From an uncultured bacterium (lineage in GTDB: Bacteria > Omnitrophota > Omnitrophia > Omnitrophales > Aquincolibacteriaceae), in contig CAYZYT010000013.1 in NCBI GenBank assembly GCA_964482725.1, positions 1,465-65,464 of the forward strand: a DNA stretch of 64,000 bases, written 5' to 3'. Below are positions 38,432 to 48,920 of this stretch, piece after piece. The notes below the pieces were generated by a model, which did not search any database, was not told the origin of the DNA, and was given only the letters and a program-made list of their open reading frames with translations. Position 1 is the stretch's first letter; every line of letters starts with the position of its first letter. Both the position numbers and the translations under genes were made by a program.

Positions 38432-39424
38432 ATGAAACAGAAGGTTCCTTCGAAAGCACCCGTCCAGCACTCCTCGGTTGAAAAAATTCAAGCGGACGCC
38501 ATTATTTTCGACATCGACAATGTCCTTGTTGATACCCGTCAATCGTATCTTGAGGCTATCCGAAACACCGTGGAGCTCTATCTGACCCACGGGCCCATCC
38601 CTTTTTTCAGCCGCTCATCCGGGGGAAAGTTCCCGAGCCTGCTCACCCCGGGAGACGTAGACCAATTCAAACTTCTTGGCGGACTCAATGACGACTGGGA
38701 CTGCTGCTACGGCCTGCTCGTGTATCTCCTGTCGCTTCCGGTTAAGAACAGAACCCTCGAAGCTCTCAAAAAATCGGTCGCCATTGAAAAATTCGCAAAA
38801 AGCGTCAAACAACGGCCCCTCAGAGTCTCCGGCATAACGGCACTTTTCGGCCGTCCCACGACTGTCACTATCGAAAAAGTAGCCCGTATCTTCCAGGAGA
38901 TCTACCTCGGCAAGGACATTTTCCCGCGAGTAACGATGAACCGGATGCGCTATTGGAAAAAGCGAGGCCTCATCCACCGCGAAAAACTTATTTTTAAGCG
39001 CCCGATCCTTGAAAAGCTCAAGAGCCATGGCTTGAAACTCGGCATCGCGACCGGACGGCCGCTCTATGAAGCTTCCCACGCGCTCAAACATTTTGAGATC
39101 GCCGACCTTTTTGACGCCATGACCACCATGGACGACGTCAAAAAAGAAGAGCGGGAGAAAAAAGAATCCCTGCGAAAACCCCATCCTTTTTCCATTCTCA
39201 AAACGGCGCAAACCCTAGGCGCCAAAAAGAAATTTCTCTACGTGGGAGATCTTCCCGACGATGTCCTCGCCGCGAACCGCGCGAAATCCTCCCTCTCGAT
39301 CCGTTCCGTCGCTTTTCCAATGCTCGCTGCCAACCCCTTCCAGGCCACAAAAGAACTCGAAGCCGTCAAGCCAGATTTTTTCATCCGGACCCCCGCGGAC
39401 CTCTGCCGCCTTTTAAAGATCTAA
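38432..39424 (+). CDS. HAD-superfamily hydrolase
   Basis: FDIDNVLVD, ATGRP, KPHP, YVGDLPDD. Confidence 0.88.
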   Translation: MKQKVPSKAPVQHSSVEKIQADAIIFDIDNVLVDTRQSYLEAIRNTVELYLTHGPIPFFSRSSGGKFPSLLTPGDVDQFKLLGGLNDDWDCCYGLLVYLLSLPVKNRTLEALKKSVAIEKFAKSVKQRPLRVSGITALFGRPTTVTIEKVARIFQEIYLGKDIFPRVTMNRMRYWKKRGLIHREKLIFKRPILEKLKSHGLKLGIATGRPLYEASHALKHFEIADLFDAMTTMDDVKKEEREKKESLRKPHPFSILKTAQTLGAKKKFLYVGDLPDDVLAANRAKSSLSIRSVAFPMLAANPFQATKELEAVKPDFFIRTPADLCRLLKI

Positions 39425-39532
39425 CCTTTTGTTTGACTCTTCGATTGCATTTCGAAGATCGTGAAGTTAAAATCCCACAAGCTTTCAATTGCATTTCTAT
39501 TTTGCCTGAAAAAATTTCACGCCGGGGAGACC

Positions 39533-40345
39533 ATGAAACCATTTGCCATTGGATTCTTTTTCCTGGGGATCTTTTCCGCGGCCACCTTCCTCTGGGCCCA
39601 ATCCCAGGACGCTCCGATGACCGCCGATGAGCTGGGATGTCTTCAGAAAATGATCTTTTTCAATGAATGCTCGGGTCGTGTCGAGCGCATGGTCACCTGG
39701 AATGCCGATGAGGCTTTCCCCTCGTTCGGACTGGGACACTTCATCTGGTATCCCCAAGGAACGAAAGGCCCTTACCAGGCCCTGTTCCCGGACTTCCTCT
39801 CCTTCCTGGAGGCTCAAAAAACAGAGATCCCTGCGTGGATCAAGGCCTTGCCGACGCGGGAAGCCCCTTGGAAAAGCCGCGAAGAATTCTTGAGCGACTT
39901 TTCGAGCGAGCGCATGACCTCTTTAAGGAATTTCCTGGATCGAACCCAAGGATTCCAAACCCAATTCATTATCCAAAGAGTTAAAGGAATTCTTCCCCGG
40001 ATGCTGGCGGCAATTCCGGAGGGAAAACGCCCCGAGATCGAACTGAAATTTAAAGAGATCGCGGACGCTCCCAAAGGAATGTTTGCTTTGATCGATTATG
40101 TGAATTTTAAAGGCGAAGGCATCCTCGAGACAGAAAGATCTCAAGGGCAAGGCTGGGGGCTGCTTCAGGTTCTGGAAGAAATGCGAACGCCCGAAAAAAA
40201 AGAGGCTGCGTTGGAAGAATTTGTACGGGCAGCAAAAAAGGTCCTCGAGAACAGGGTCAAGAACGCCCCCCCGGAAAAAGATTGTTCCAAGCGCCTGGGC
40301 GGCTGGAAAACGAGGGTGAAGAATTATCTGAAGATCAAATGCTAA
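39533..40345 (+). CDS. Exported conserved hypothetical protein (possible lysozyme-like fold)
   Basis: Signal peptide; FNECSG...WNADEAFPSFGLGHFIWYP, LIDYVNFKGEG, GWGLLQVL. Confidence 0.7.
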   Translation: MKPFAIGFFFLGIFSAATFLWAQSQDAPMTADELGCLQKMIFFNECSGRVERMVTWNADEAFPSFGLGHFIWYPQGTKGPYQALFPDFLSFLEAQKTEIPAWIKALPTREAPWKSREEFLSDFSSERMTSLRNFLDRTQGFQTQFIIQRVKGILPRMLAAIPEGKRPEIELKFKEIADAPKGMFALIDYVNFKGEGILETERSQGQGWGLLQVLEEMRTPEKKEAALEEFVRAAKKVLENRVKNAPPEKDCSKRLGGWKTRVKNYLKIKC

Positions 40346-40427
40346 AAACAAACTCCAATAACCAAGATCCAAGAAATTGATTATTGGCGTTTGGTCCTTG
40401 TTGGGATCTTAAGATTTTCCTGAAATT

Positions 40428-41507
40428 TTAGGAAAGAATGGCTTTGCGGAGAAGGATCATCCCGCCCCCGATCAAAAGAATGTTCGGGAGCCAGAGGCTG
40501 ATCATGGGCGGCAGGCCACCCCGTGACGCAAGGGTCTGAGCGATGGCGAAAAGAATATAATAAACACTGGTTGCCGCCATGGAGATCCCAAAACTGATCA
40601 CGACCTCTCCGCGCTTAACGATCGTCGCGATCGGAATACCGATAAAAACGAACACCAGAGATCCGAAAGCAAACGCGATCCTCTGGTGGAAGACCGTCCA
40701 GAGGTCACGACGTTCTTTTTTCTCGGGCTTTTCTGAAACATCCACAAGGATCTCAGCCAGGGTCATGTCCTTTTTCTTTTTGCCCAGGTTGCGGATATCA
40801 TTCTCATCCATCGTCGGGAATTTATAGGTCTTGAACTGAACGGATTGGATCCCCTTGTCCTGAGATTCTGAAACGCTCCCGTTGAAAAGCTGGACTTCCA
40901 GCTGTCCGGTATTCGAGTCCATCACGATCTTGCCGCTTTCCGCAACGATCGTCCTCACGGGATTTTCAGAATCCACGCCCTCATGAGCCACGATATCTTT
41001 CATTTCGTTCCCTTCGACGCGTTTCGCGAGAAAAAGAATGCTGGGGCTGATCCTCACAAAACGGCCGGGCTCGATCAACGCCATCGGATGCTGCATAACC
41101 ATTCTCTTCGTCGCACGGCGCAATTCATAGCGAGCGGGCGGTCCGACCTGGTCATTAAAAACAAACATGCAGAGGCTTAACGCGAAACCCAGAATGAGCG
41201 GCGGCATCATGAACCTCAGCGGATGCACCCCGGAGGCTTTCATGGCGCGAAATTCATTATGCTGGGAAAAACTCCCAAACACGATCAGGACACCCGTCAG
41301 AAGACTCATCGGCGCGGTATAGCTAACGATCGAGGGTACCACCAGCAGCATCACATAGAGCGTCTGCATGAACGGAACCCCGCGACCGATGATCATATCC
41401 GCCGCTTTCACAAGATACCCCGCCATAAAAATAAAACTAAGCACCGTAAAACAAAGGAGGCACGGCAGAAGCAGTTCCTTAAGAACGTAACGCTGGAGAA
41501 TTTTCAT
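40428..41507 (-). CDS. LptF/LptG family LPS export permease
   Basis: MKILQRYVLKE, HNEFRAMKASG, 3 TM + periplasmic domain + 3 TM, WLPNI. Confidence 0.9.
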   Translation of the reverse strand: MKILQRYVLKELLLPCLLCFTVLSFIFMAGYLVKAADMIIGRGVPFMQTLYVMLLVVPSIVSYTAPMSLLTGVLIVFGSFSQHNEFRAMKASGVHPLRFMMPPLILGFALSLCMFVFNDQVGPPARYELRRATKRMVMQHPMALIEPGRFVRISPSILFLAKRVEGNEMKDIVAHEGVDSENPVRTIVAESGKIVMDSNTGQLEVQLFNGSVSESQDKGIQSVQFKTYKFPTMDENDIRNLGKKKKDMTLAEILVDVSEKPEKKERRDLWTVFHQRIAFAFGSLVFVFIGIPIATIVKRGEVVISFGISMAATSVYYILFAIAQTLASRGGLPPMISLWLPNILLIGGGMILLRKAILS

Positions 41508-41619
41508 TTTGAGTCATTTCTCAGGGGTTCAACATACATGAGCGGTGGTATTGTATCAAAGAACCGGAGAACGGGGAACGGGAAACGGTATCGGCCCCTG
41601 GGAATGGGAAACGCCTGGA

Positions 41620-42831
41620 TCACTCATTCCCCGAGATACTTCCCAACGCGGACTCCCGAACAGCACTCACGAATTCTTCCGGCCCGACAAAACCATTCAT
41701 GCGAAGACTGGGAACCTCCCGACCTTTTTCATCTAGAAAAACGATCGTGGGGACACCCAACACATCGAACCGGCGCACGGCCTCGCGGGTCTCGTCCGTA
41801 TCCGCGGAAGTAGCGTCGACTTTGATCTTGCGAAAAGGTTGCAACATTTTGACGACCCTCAAATCCGAATAGGTAAATTGTTCGAGTTCGTGGCACGGAA
41901 TACACCAGTCCGCGTAAAAATCGAGAATCACCGGTTGTCCCGAGGCTTGGGCTTCCTCAAGAATCCCGGTGTGATATTTTTCCCAGGCTATCCCGCTCTT
42001 GGGTGTAAAAAAAAAGAAAAGACCGATCGCAACCGCAAGCGCCCCCAGGATCCACTGAAACGCAAAAAACTTTTTCGAAAACCTGGCGGAACGCTCGATC
42101 CACCCGAGATAAAGACCTCCGACCACAAAGGCCGCCGGAACGATCCCTTTCACGAAGGGCCACTTGAAGGCGATCGCAACATAAAAGATCCCAAAGGTCA
42201 AAAGCACCACGCCCATCAACCGCTCGAACCAAACGAGCCACGCCCCCGACTTCGGCAATTTGGAGAGAAGCCTGGAATAGGTCCCGAGCACCAGATACGG
42301 AAGGCCGAGCCCGAGCGCCATAACAAAAAAGAGGGAAAACCCGAAAACCATGTTCTGCTGTACGCTCACGAAGGCGAGGAGCCCCAACACGGCGGGTCCC
42401 ATGCACGGCGCCGCAACGATCCCCACCAAAAGTCCTGAAACAAAAAAGCTAAGAAGGGCGCCCTGGGCCGCTCCCGGACGGGACGGTACGAGCCACGCGG
42501 GCAGCCGGAATTGATAAAGCCCGAGCATGCTGAAGGCGAGGCCGATGACCAGGATCCCGGTCGCCAACTGCACCCAAAAATTCTGAAGCCAGTGGCCGAA
42601 AAAACTTCCGGTCATCGCCGCGACAAGGCCAAGCACACTGTACATCGTCACGATGCCGAGCACATAGGCTAAGGCTTTCAGGAACGCGCGGCCATGCGGC
42701 TCACCTTCCGTCCCCCGGAAAAGCGAGATCGTAATGGAGAGCATGGGATAGACACACGGCGTAAGGTTCAGGCCGAGCCCGAGGAAGAAAACGCTTATAA
42801 AGATAAAAGGCGAGTGGCTAAATTCAGTCAT
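41620..42831 (-). CDS. dsbD: DsbD-like protein (TM domain + thioredoxin domain)
   Basis: LTPCVYPM, AAPCMGP, LPKSGAW, DFYADWCIPC. Confidence 0.88.
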   Translation of the reverse strand: MTEFSHSPFIFISVFFLGLGLNLTPCVYPMLSITISLFRGTEGEPHGRAFLKALAYVLGIVTMYSVLGLVAAMTGSFFGHWLQNFWVQLATGILVIGLAFSMLGLYQFRLPAWLVPSRPGAAQGALLSFFVSGLLVGIVAAPCMGPAVLGLLAFVSVQQNMVFGFSLFFVMALGLGLPYLVLGTYSRLLSKLPKSGAWLVWFERLMGVVLLTFGIFYVAIAFKWPFVKGIVPAAFVVGGLYLGWIERSARFSKKFFAFQWILGALAVAIGLFFFFTPKSGIAWEKYHTGILEEAQASGQPVILDFYADWCIPCHELEQFTYSDLRVVKMLQPFRKIKVDATSADTDETREAVRRFDVLGVPTIVFLDEKGREVPSLRMNGFVGPEEFVSAVRESALGSISGNE

Positions 42832-42920
42832 CTTAAAACCCAGGGTGACGAATGGTGGAGGGTGGATGGTGCAGCAACGGGCTCTCCGTCATCCGCCATC
42901 CGCCCTCCTCCATCCTATGT

Positions 42921-43571
42921 TTAAAAAAGGCTCGTCGGGAATTCTGTCTTCGGCGCGCTCTTCTTCGTAAAAAATTCCGCCGTCGATTGCTTCCAATTCA
43001 CCGGGACCTCATGAGTCTTAAAATCCCAGGTCGAAGTAAAATAGATCTTTCCTTCGCGGCAGCCGTATTCATAGACATTCTTCGTCAGACGGACATCATC
43101 CAGGCAATATTTCTTGAGTTCCTCCATCCGACCTTCTTTAAAAAGCACCAAGGCCTCCGCCCCGTCGCCGGACTTCCCTTCCTTCACCGTCGCGCGCGCC
43201 ACGCTGTCAAGACTGACCCGGTGGCCGCGGGCCTTTTCAATATCATCTAGAAGGTCCAGCACCGGAAATTGGTCAACCGTTTTAAAAAGATAGGGCTGGA
43301 GCACCGCCATGTCGAAGCGCCGGATATTGAATCCGACAAGAAGGTCCGCGGTCTGGAGCCGCTGTTCGAATGTCACCATATCCTTTTCCTCATAGGAGAC
43401 ATACTCGTCCGTGAGGAAATCGTAGGTACACACGACCGAGACCTTGAGTTTCGAGAGGCTCATCGCCTTCGACTTCCCGATCTCCTTGAACGATTTCTGC
43501 GTCTCAACGTCCAATACGAGGATATTCTTACGTTCTTCCATAGGCCCTTTGGGTGAATGCTTATCAGCCAC
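42921..43571 (-). CDS. YprB-like RNase H-fold (DEDD) protein
   Basis: VLDVETQ, VGFNIRRFD, SLDSVA, YCLDDV. Confidence 0.85.
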   Translation of the reverse strand: MADKHSPKGPMEERKNILVLDVETQKSFKEIGKSKAMSLSKLKVSVVCTYDFLTDEYVSYEEKDMVTFEQRLQTADLLVGFNIRRFDMAVLQPYLFKTVDQFPVLDLLDDIEKARGHRVSLDSVARATVKEGKSGDGAEALVLFKEGRMEELKKYCLDDVRLTKNVYEYGCREGKIYFTSTWDFKTHEVPVNWKQSTAEFFTKKSAPKTEFPTSLF

Positions 43572-44487
43572 GTTTGGGTTTTAAAAGATTTTTTATGGTT
43601 TTAGCCGCTTTGTCAGCCTCCGGGCCTGTGTAAGAGCCCTCATATTTTACGAACACCTTGTACGCATCGGCGACACCTTTCGCATTCAATTTTACGGCTT
43701 TTTGATAATCGCCCAGAGCGGACTCGTATTCCGCAAGCCTGAAATAAGCAAGCGCCCGGTCATAATAAGCCCAGCTGTACTTCGGGTCCAGCGAAAGGGC
43801 CTCCGTGTCATCCGCCAGTGCTTTTTTGAGATCGCCCGTCTCCTGATAAGCCCATCCCCGGTCGCAATAAGCGCTGACATCTTTGGGATCCAGCTTGATC
43901 GCCTGGTCGTAGTCGGCGATCGCTTTGTCAAAGTTTTTTTGGGATAAGTAAGTTTTCCCTCTCAGGTAATAATCCGTGCTGGAGTTGGCCGCGCCGCGGA
44001 TCTCGATCGCCCTGTTAAAATCCGACAAAGCTTGCTCGAAATCCCCCTTTTTGGAATAAATAATCCCACGGCTGGAATACGCCGGCGCGAGATCCGGCGT
44101 TATTCCGATCGCTTTCGTATAATCCGCCAACGCTTGCCCCAGATCGTTCCGCGAATCATAGATGCTTGCCCGGTAAAAATAAGCTGCCGCAAGATCGGGA
44201 TTTATCTTTAAAGCTTTATTAAAATCCGCAAGCGCCTTTTCGCTCTTCCTCTTCACATAGTAAATAAGCCCCCGGTTATGGTAAGCCTCGGCGAAATCCG
44301 GCTTGAGCTCGATCGCTTTACTGAAGGATTTGATCGCCGCGGTGTAATTGCCTTTTTGTCCGTAAGCAACCCCCTTTGAAAAAAAATCTTTCTCGGATTC
44401 AGCGCCAGACGCAACGGGCCCAGAAAAAAGAAGGCCGATCATCACCATCGCTGCCATGTTTTTAAAAAAATTCCCCTGCTTCCCCAT
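43564..44487 (-). CDS. Exported TPR protein
   Basis: Signal peptide plus about seven TPRs (AYHNRG, AYSSRG, AYCDRG). Confidence 0.9.
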   Translation of the reverse strand: MGKQGNFFKNMAAMVMIGLLFSGPVASGAESEKDFFSKGVAYGQKGNYTAAIKSFSKAIELKPDFAEAYHNRGLIYYVKRKSEKALADFNKALKINPDLAAAYFYRASIYDSRNDLGQALADYTKAIGITPDLAPAYSSRGIIYSKKGDFEQALSDFNRAIEIRGAANSSTDYYLRGKTYLSQKNFDKAIADYDQAIKLDPKDVSAYCDRGWAYQETGDLKKALADDTEALSLDPKYSWAYYDRALAYFRLAEYESALGDYQKAVKLNAKGVADAYKVFVKYEGSYTGPEADKAAKTIKNLLKPKRG

Positions 44488-44517
44488 AATGCCCCCACCC
44501 TCGTTTTGCTGCAAGAC

Positions 44518-45318
44518 TTAGATCAATTCTCTCAGATCGCGGATCACCGTCACGAAATCCTGATGGTCTTTCGCCAAAGTCGCATGCCGAGCCGAACGGT
44601 CGAGCCAGATGGCCTTGATCCCGGCCAGATGCGCGCCGCGGACATCGTCTTCCAGGCTATCCCCGATATGAACAGCCTCGCCCGCCGAGACATTCGCTTT
44701 TTTTAAAGCTTCCTCAAAGATCTTCGGGTTGGGTTTGGCCGCGCCGAAAACCGCTGAGATAATTTTGAAATCGAAATACCGATCGATCCCAAGGCCCTCG
44801 CATAATTTCAAAAGACGGCTGTCCCAATTCGAGACCATCCCAATAATAAATTTTTTCTCCTTAAACGCCTGAAGCACGTCCTTAACTTCCGGATAAAGTT
44901 TCCAAACACCGGGTTCGGCGAAAAGAGTGTGGAGCTCGTCAAAAAAAGGATCGAACGCCCGAAGCCCTTTAAAATCCTGAAAGACGGCCGTCACGATCTT
45001 GCGCCAAAACTCCTTCTCAACCTTCTCATCCGATTGGCTCCTAAGATCGCCTATCCCGTCATGCTCGCTCCAGACCCGACGGAACGCGGCCTCGACTTCT
45101 TTGACACCCACTTGGCAGCCATGCTTCGCAGCCACTTCGCTGTAATAATATCCTACCGACGGGAACGGACGGAAAAGGGTCCCCCCCGCATCCAACAAGA
45201 TCGCCCGGGTCCCTGCGGGGATCTTCACGTTCGCCTTAATATCAGGGAAAGGTCTGCTTCCCTTTGGAAGACCCGTCCCTTGGGTGTCAAAATTGGAGGA
45301 ACTATTGCTGTGAGCCAC
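44518..45318 (-). CDS. HAD-IA (REG-2-like) hydrolase
   Basis: LLDAGGTL, VSNWD, AKPNPKIF, HIGDSLEDDV. GTG start at 45318 follows GGAGGAG; the longer ORF extension is likely spurious. Confidence 0.88.
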   Translation of the reverse strand: MAHSNSSSNFDTQGTGLPKGSRPFPDIKANVKIPAGTRAILLDAGGTLFRPFPSVGYYYSEVAAKHGCQVGVKEVEAAFRRVWSEHDGIGDLRSQSDEKVEKEFWRKIVTAVFQDFKGLRAFDPFFDELHTLFAEPGVWKLYPEVKDVLQAFKEKKFIIGMVSNWDSRLLKLCEGLGIDRYFDFKIISAVFGAAKPNPKIFEEALKKANVSAGEAVHIGDSLEDDVRGAHLAGIKAIWLDRSARHATLAKDHQDFVTVIRDLRELI

Positions 45319-46138
45319 TTGAATCTCCTCCCCCACCGCCGAATTTCTGCATGAGCATTTGTCCCAGAGCGGGAAGAGCCTGCGCCACTCCCCCCGGATC
45401 CTGCGCATTAGGATCCTGCCCCATCGCGGCCGCGGTCTGTGGATTCGAGGAAAGGGAGCTTCCCATCGAAGGCATTCCAAACGAGGATCCGCCGCCTTTT
45501 TCCGGAGCCTTGCGCTTGACGTCCAGATCGCGAAGAGCTTCCTGAATATCCGGATTTCCGTAGTCAAACTCACGAGCCTTAAGATAAGCTTCTTTAGCCT
45601 CCTCGAAAAATCCCTGCTCCTCATAGACCGACCCGATCTGGAGCCAGGAAGCACACAAGAGATACGTATCCTGCTCCGGGTCACAAAGCCGGATCGCTTT
45701 TTTAAGCTCTTCACGCGAGCGTTCCATTTGAGCGAGCCTTTTATAGACGACCCCAAGATTGTAATGAGCGACCTTGTCATCCGGCTGGATCATCAGGACT
45801 TTTTCAAGAGCGTCCCGGCTTTTCACAAGCCATTCGGTGGACTGACTCCCCTTCTGCTTGCGCGTCCGGTCAAAAAGCGTGGCATAGACGGTCGAGAGCC
45901 GGGCGTAAAGCTCCGCGTTCCCGGGTTCCAGGCCAAGCCTCGCCTTGAGTTCCCGTTCCATGCCGACAAGCTCCACATCCGTTTTCCCGGAAAGATCTTC
46001 ACCGATCGAATCCCGTACGACCCTGGGATCCTCGGGTTCTTGATTTTCATAGGCGCAGGCCAAAGGAAGGATGAAATAAAAAGCAAGGGGCATCAGATAA
46101 AACGCTAAGACTCGTTTATAAACCACGAAAGTTCTCAA
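45302..46138 (-). CDS. Exported TPR protein
   Basis: Hydrophobic N-terminus, TPRs (AHYNLGVVY, WLQIGSVY). Confidence 0.8.
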   Translation of the reverse strand: MRTFVVYKRVLAFYLMPLAFYFILPLACAYENQEPEDPRVVRDSIGEDLSGKTDVELVGMERELKARLGLEPGNAELYARLSTVYATLFDRTRKQKGSQSTEWLVKSRDALEKVLMIQPDDKVAHYNLGVVYKRLAQMERSREELKKAIRLCDPEQDTYLLCASWLQIGSVYEEQGFFEEAKEAYLKAREFDYGNPDIQEALRDLDVKRKAPEKGGGSSFGMPSMGSSLSSNPQTAAAMGQDPNAQDPGGVAQALPALGQMLMQKFGGGGGDSSGSQQ

Positions 46139-46514
46139 GGCCCGCAGGGGGGCCGGAAAGTTTGACGCGCGCGACGCGGCGGATCAGAAGACGATGCTTT
46201 TCCCCTTCCACGTAATCAATGTTCACGACCTGACCGGCGCGAAGCTCGGGGAGTTTATCAAAGCCGCTCAGCCCTGTTTGATTATCCGTATAAAAGGTAA
46301 GCCTCTGGATCTCCCCCGTCGCCGGGTGGCGAAAATCCACATCAAGACTTGCTCCGTCTTCGGCGACCTTCACCACATGCGCGGCAAGGGTTTTCATGAC
46401 AGGTTCGGCAAACAGACACTGCGGGCAGGCAAAAAGAGCGCCCGCTACCCACATGGCGATTATTATTTTGGGGCCGCCCCTTTTTGCCACAAAGCCACAC
46501 GCCCCACGCCACAT
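46116..46514 (-). CDS. Hypothetical exported protein (OB-fold-like)
   Basis: Signal-like segment then AHVVKV...LRAGQVVNIDY; start uncertain. Confidence 0.55.
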   Translation of the reverse strand: MWRGACGFVAKRGGPKIIIAMWVAGALFACPQCLFAEPVMKTLAAHVVKVAEDGASLDVDFRHPATGEIQRLTFYTDNQTGLSGFDKLPELRAGQVVNIDYVEGEKHRLLIRRVARVKLSGPPAGLENFRGL

Positions 46515-46590
46515 GAAATTGATTATCTTGTGCCCTTGTGGCCTCGCGGCGTGTATCACTCGAAAAAAGGATGCTCCCCTGGGGGAGGTA

Positions 46591-47121
46591 TTACCCACAG
46601 CAACAGGACTTCGGCTTGAGAGCCTGGAGCGCTTTGTCGTAATCAGGATGCGTCGTGATTTCTTTGACGTACTCGACATACTGGATCTTATCATCCGGGC
46701 CGATCACAAAAACGGCGCGAGAGAGAAGTTTGAGTTCCTTAATGAGCACGCCATAAGCCTGCCCGAACGCGTGGTCCTGATAATCGGAAAGCATCTGGAC
46801 CTTGTCGGCCCCCGCAACGCCGCACCATCTCCCCTGAGCGAACGGAAGATCCATGCTGACCGTCATGACAACCACACTCGCCGGAAGTTTGGAAGCTTCT
46901 TGATTAAACCGCTTCGTCTGAAGATCGCACACCGGCGTATCGATCGAAGGCACCACGCTAATGAGCCGGGTCTTCCCTTTGGAATCCGCCAAAGTCACAG
47001 GCTTCAAGCCCGTATCGATAAGCTTGAAGTCCGGGGCTTTATCTCCCGCCTTAAGCTCCGGCCCGATCAGGGTCAGAGGCCCGCCTTGAAAGGTTGCAGC
47101 GTTCTTTCGTTCTTGTGACAT
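46591..47121 (-). CDS. tpx: Thiol peroxidase (atypical 2-Cys)
   Basis: [32 protein letters not shown]. Confidence 0.96.
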   Translation of the reverse strand: MSQERKNAATFQGGPLTLIGPELKAGDKAPDFKLIDTGLKPVTLADSKGKTRLISVVPSIDTPVCDLQTKRFNQEASKLPASVVVMTVSMDLPFAQGRWCGVAGADKVQMLSDYQDHAFGQAYGVLIKELKLLSRAVFVIGPDDKIQYVEYVKEITTHPDYDKALQALKPKSCCCG

Positions 47122-47146
47122 GGGATATTCCTCCTGAGAAGATGGT

Positions 47147-47518
47147 TTAGGAATTCTTTTTTCGGGGTTTGGAATAGTTGACGGAGATCACCGTATGGAT
47201 ACCGCCGCGCACATTGAAATCCGCATCAATCTCCATCCGCCGGGGTTTCGTCGCCTTGACCAGGGCATCGAGAATTTCGTTCGTGACCTTCTCATGGAAC
47301 GCCCCTTCATTGCGATAGCTCCAAAGGTAGAATTTCAAGCTCTTGAGCTCCACGCAAAATTCGTCGGGGATATAACGGATCCGGATCTCCGCAAAATCCG
47401 GCTGCCCGGTCTTCGGGCAAAGGCAGGTGAATTCCGGGCATTCGATATTGATCGTATAATCGCGCCCTGGATACGGATTCTTGAAGATCTCGATGTTTTT
47501 CGAAGGTTGTTTAATCAT
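47147..47518 (-). CDS. queF: preQ0 reductase QueF
   Basis: [29 protein letters not shown]. Confidence 0.96.
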   Translation of the reverse strand: MIKQPSKNIEIFKNPYPGRDYTINIECPEFTCLCPKTGQPDFAEIRIRYIPDEFCVELKSLKFYLWSYRNEGAFHEKVTNEILDALVKATKPRRMEIDADFNVRGGIHTVISVNYSKPRKKNS

Positions 47519-47725
47519 AGGGCTGAATTATAGCATCGTTTTGTGGACCACTCCATCCTTTCCCGCACCCCGGCGCGCGTAACGGGCAACGTTCAACGGT
47601 CAACGGGATGGTTTTTACACACTTTCCAGTTTTTGTTCCCTCGTGCCCGTTGTCCGAGTCTTGAATGATTTTATTCTGGATTTTCTAACCTTCTGACGAT
47701 ACAGTAACTCAACAGGAGGTTTTTT

Positions 47726-48865
47726 ATGGATATCCGAACAAAAGCCGTGTTCACAGGCACCGCCAAAGACGCTCAATATAATTCCGTCATCACGCCCATC
47801 TACCCGACATCCACGTTCCGCTTTGAAGAGCTGGGAAAACACAAGGGTTACGATTACACCCGGAGCGGCAACCCGACACGTGCAGCTTTAGAAGAGAACC
47901 TTGCTGCCCTGGAAGGTGGCCTTGGGGCCGCGGCCACAGCGACCGGCATGGCCGCCATCACAACCGTCCTCTTCCTTCTGGAACCGGGAGATCACGTGGT
48001 CACGGGCAATGATATTTACGGAGGCACTTATCGCCTCTTCAAAGATGTTTTTTCTAAGCGCGGGATCTCGTTCTCATTCATCAACATGATGGACCTTGGC
48101 GCGGTGAAAAAGGCCCTACGGCCGAGCACCCGCATGATCTGGATTGAAACTCCGTCAAATCCCCTGCTCCACATCGTTGATCTTGGAGCCGTGATCGCCC
48201 TGGCTAAAAAGAAAAAACTCCTGACCGTTGTGGACAACACATTTCTCTCCCCGTACTTTCAGCGACCGTTTGAGTCTGGCGCGGATATTGTCGTCCATTC
48301 CACCACTAAATATCTGAACGGACACAGCGATGTGGTCGGCGGCGCGGTCGTTTATAATGATAAAGCGCTCGGAGAAAAGATCCGCTATTTCGTGAATGCC
48401 CTAGGCGTAAGCGAAGCGCCTTTCGATGCCTGGCTCGTCCTTCGCGGGATCAAGACACTGCCCTATCGCATGGAAGCTCATCAGAAGAACGCCCTGAAGA
48501 TCGCATCGTTCCTCGAAGGCCATCCTTGTGTCAAACAGGTCTATTACACGGGCCTGGAAAGTCATCCGCAACAAGCCCTGATAAAAAAACAGATGAAGGG
48601 ATTCGGCGGCATGCTTGCCTTTGAACTGGATACCAAGAAGGTTCCGCTCAAGGGTTTCTTTAAAAAGATGCGACTCTTTCAGCTGGCGGAATCGCTGGGC
48701 GGCGTGGAATCACTGATCGAGCATCCGTGGAGCATGAGCCATGCCTCCATGGGACCCGACGGCCTAAAAGCTTCGGGGATTACAAAGGAAACCATCCGGA
48801 TTTCATCAGGCATTGAAAGTGCGGACGACCTGATCGAAGATTTAAAACGGGCCTTACAAAAGTAG
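47726..48865 (+). CDS. Cystathionine gamma-synthase/lyase family PLP enzyme
   Basis: YTRSGNPT, IETPSNP, VDNTF, HSTTKYLNGHSD, ESLGGVESL. Confidence 0.92.
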   Translation: MDIRTKAVFTGTAKDAQYNSVITPIYPTSTFRFEELGKHKGYDYTRSGNPTRAALEENLAALEGGLGAAATATGMAAITTVLFLLEPGDHVVTGNDIYGGTYRLFKDVFSKRGISFSFINMMDLGAVKKALRPSTRMIWIETPSNPLLHIVDLGAVIALAKKKKLLTVVDNTFLSPYFQRPFESGADIVVHSTTKYLNGHSDVVGGAVVYNDKALGEKIRYFVNALGVSEAPFDAWLVLRGIKTLPYRMEAHQKNALKIASFLEGHPCVKQVYYTGLESHPQQALIKKQMKGFGGMLAFELDTKKVPLKGFFKKMRLFQLAESLGGVESLIEHPWSMSHASMGPDGLKASGITKETIRISSGIESADDLIEDLKRALQK

Positions 48866-48920
48866 TCGGCTCAAAGATGCAAAAGGATAGGGGCTGTTTA
48901 GAAAAAGCCTTTGTCTTTTT

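Noticed and set aside
45319-45780. Long N-terminal extension of the HAD ORF, and similar extensions on tilS, cysH and trmB
   Set aside because: They overlap other genes or repeats and better RBS-supported starts lie downstream.
47519-47725. preQ1 or SAM riboswitch between queF and the transsulfuration gene
   Set aside because: No consensus was found; a TGCTATAAT 8 nt before queF leaves almost no leader.
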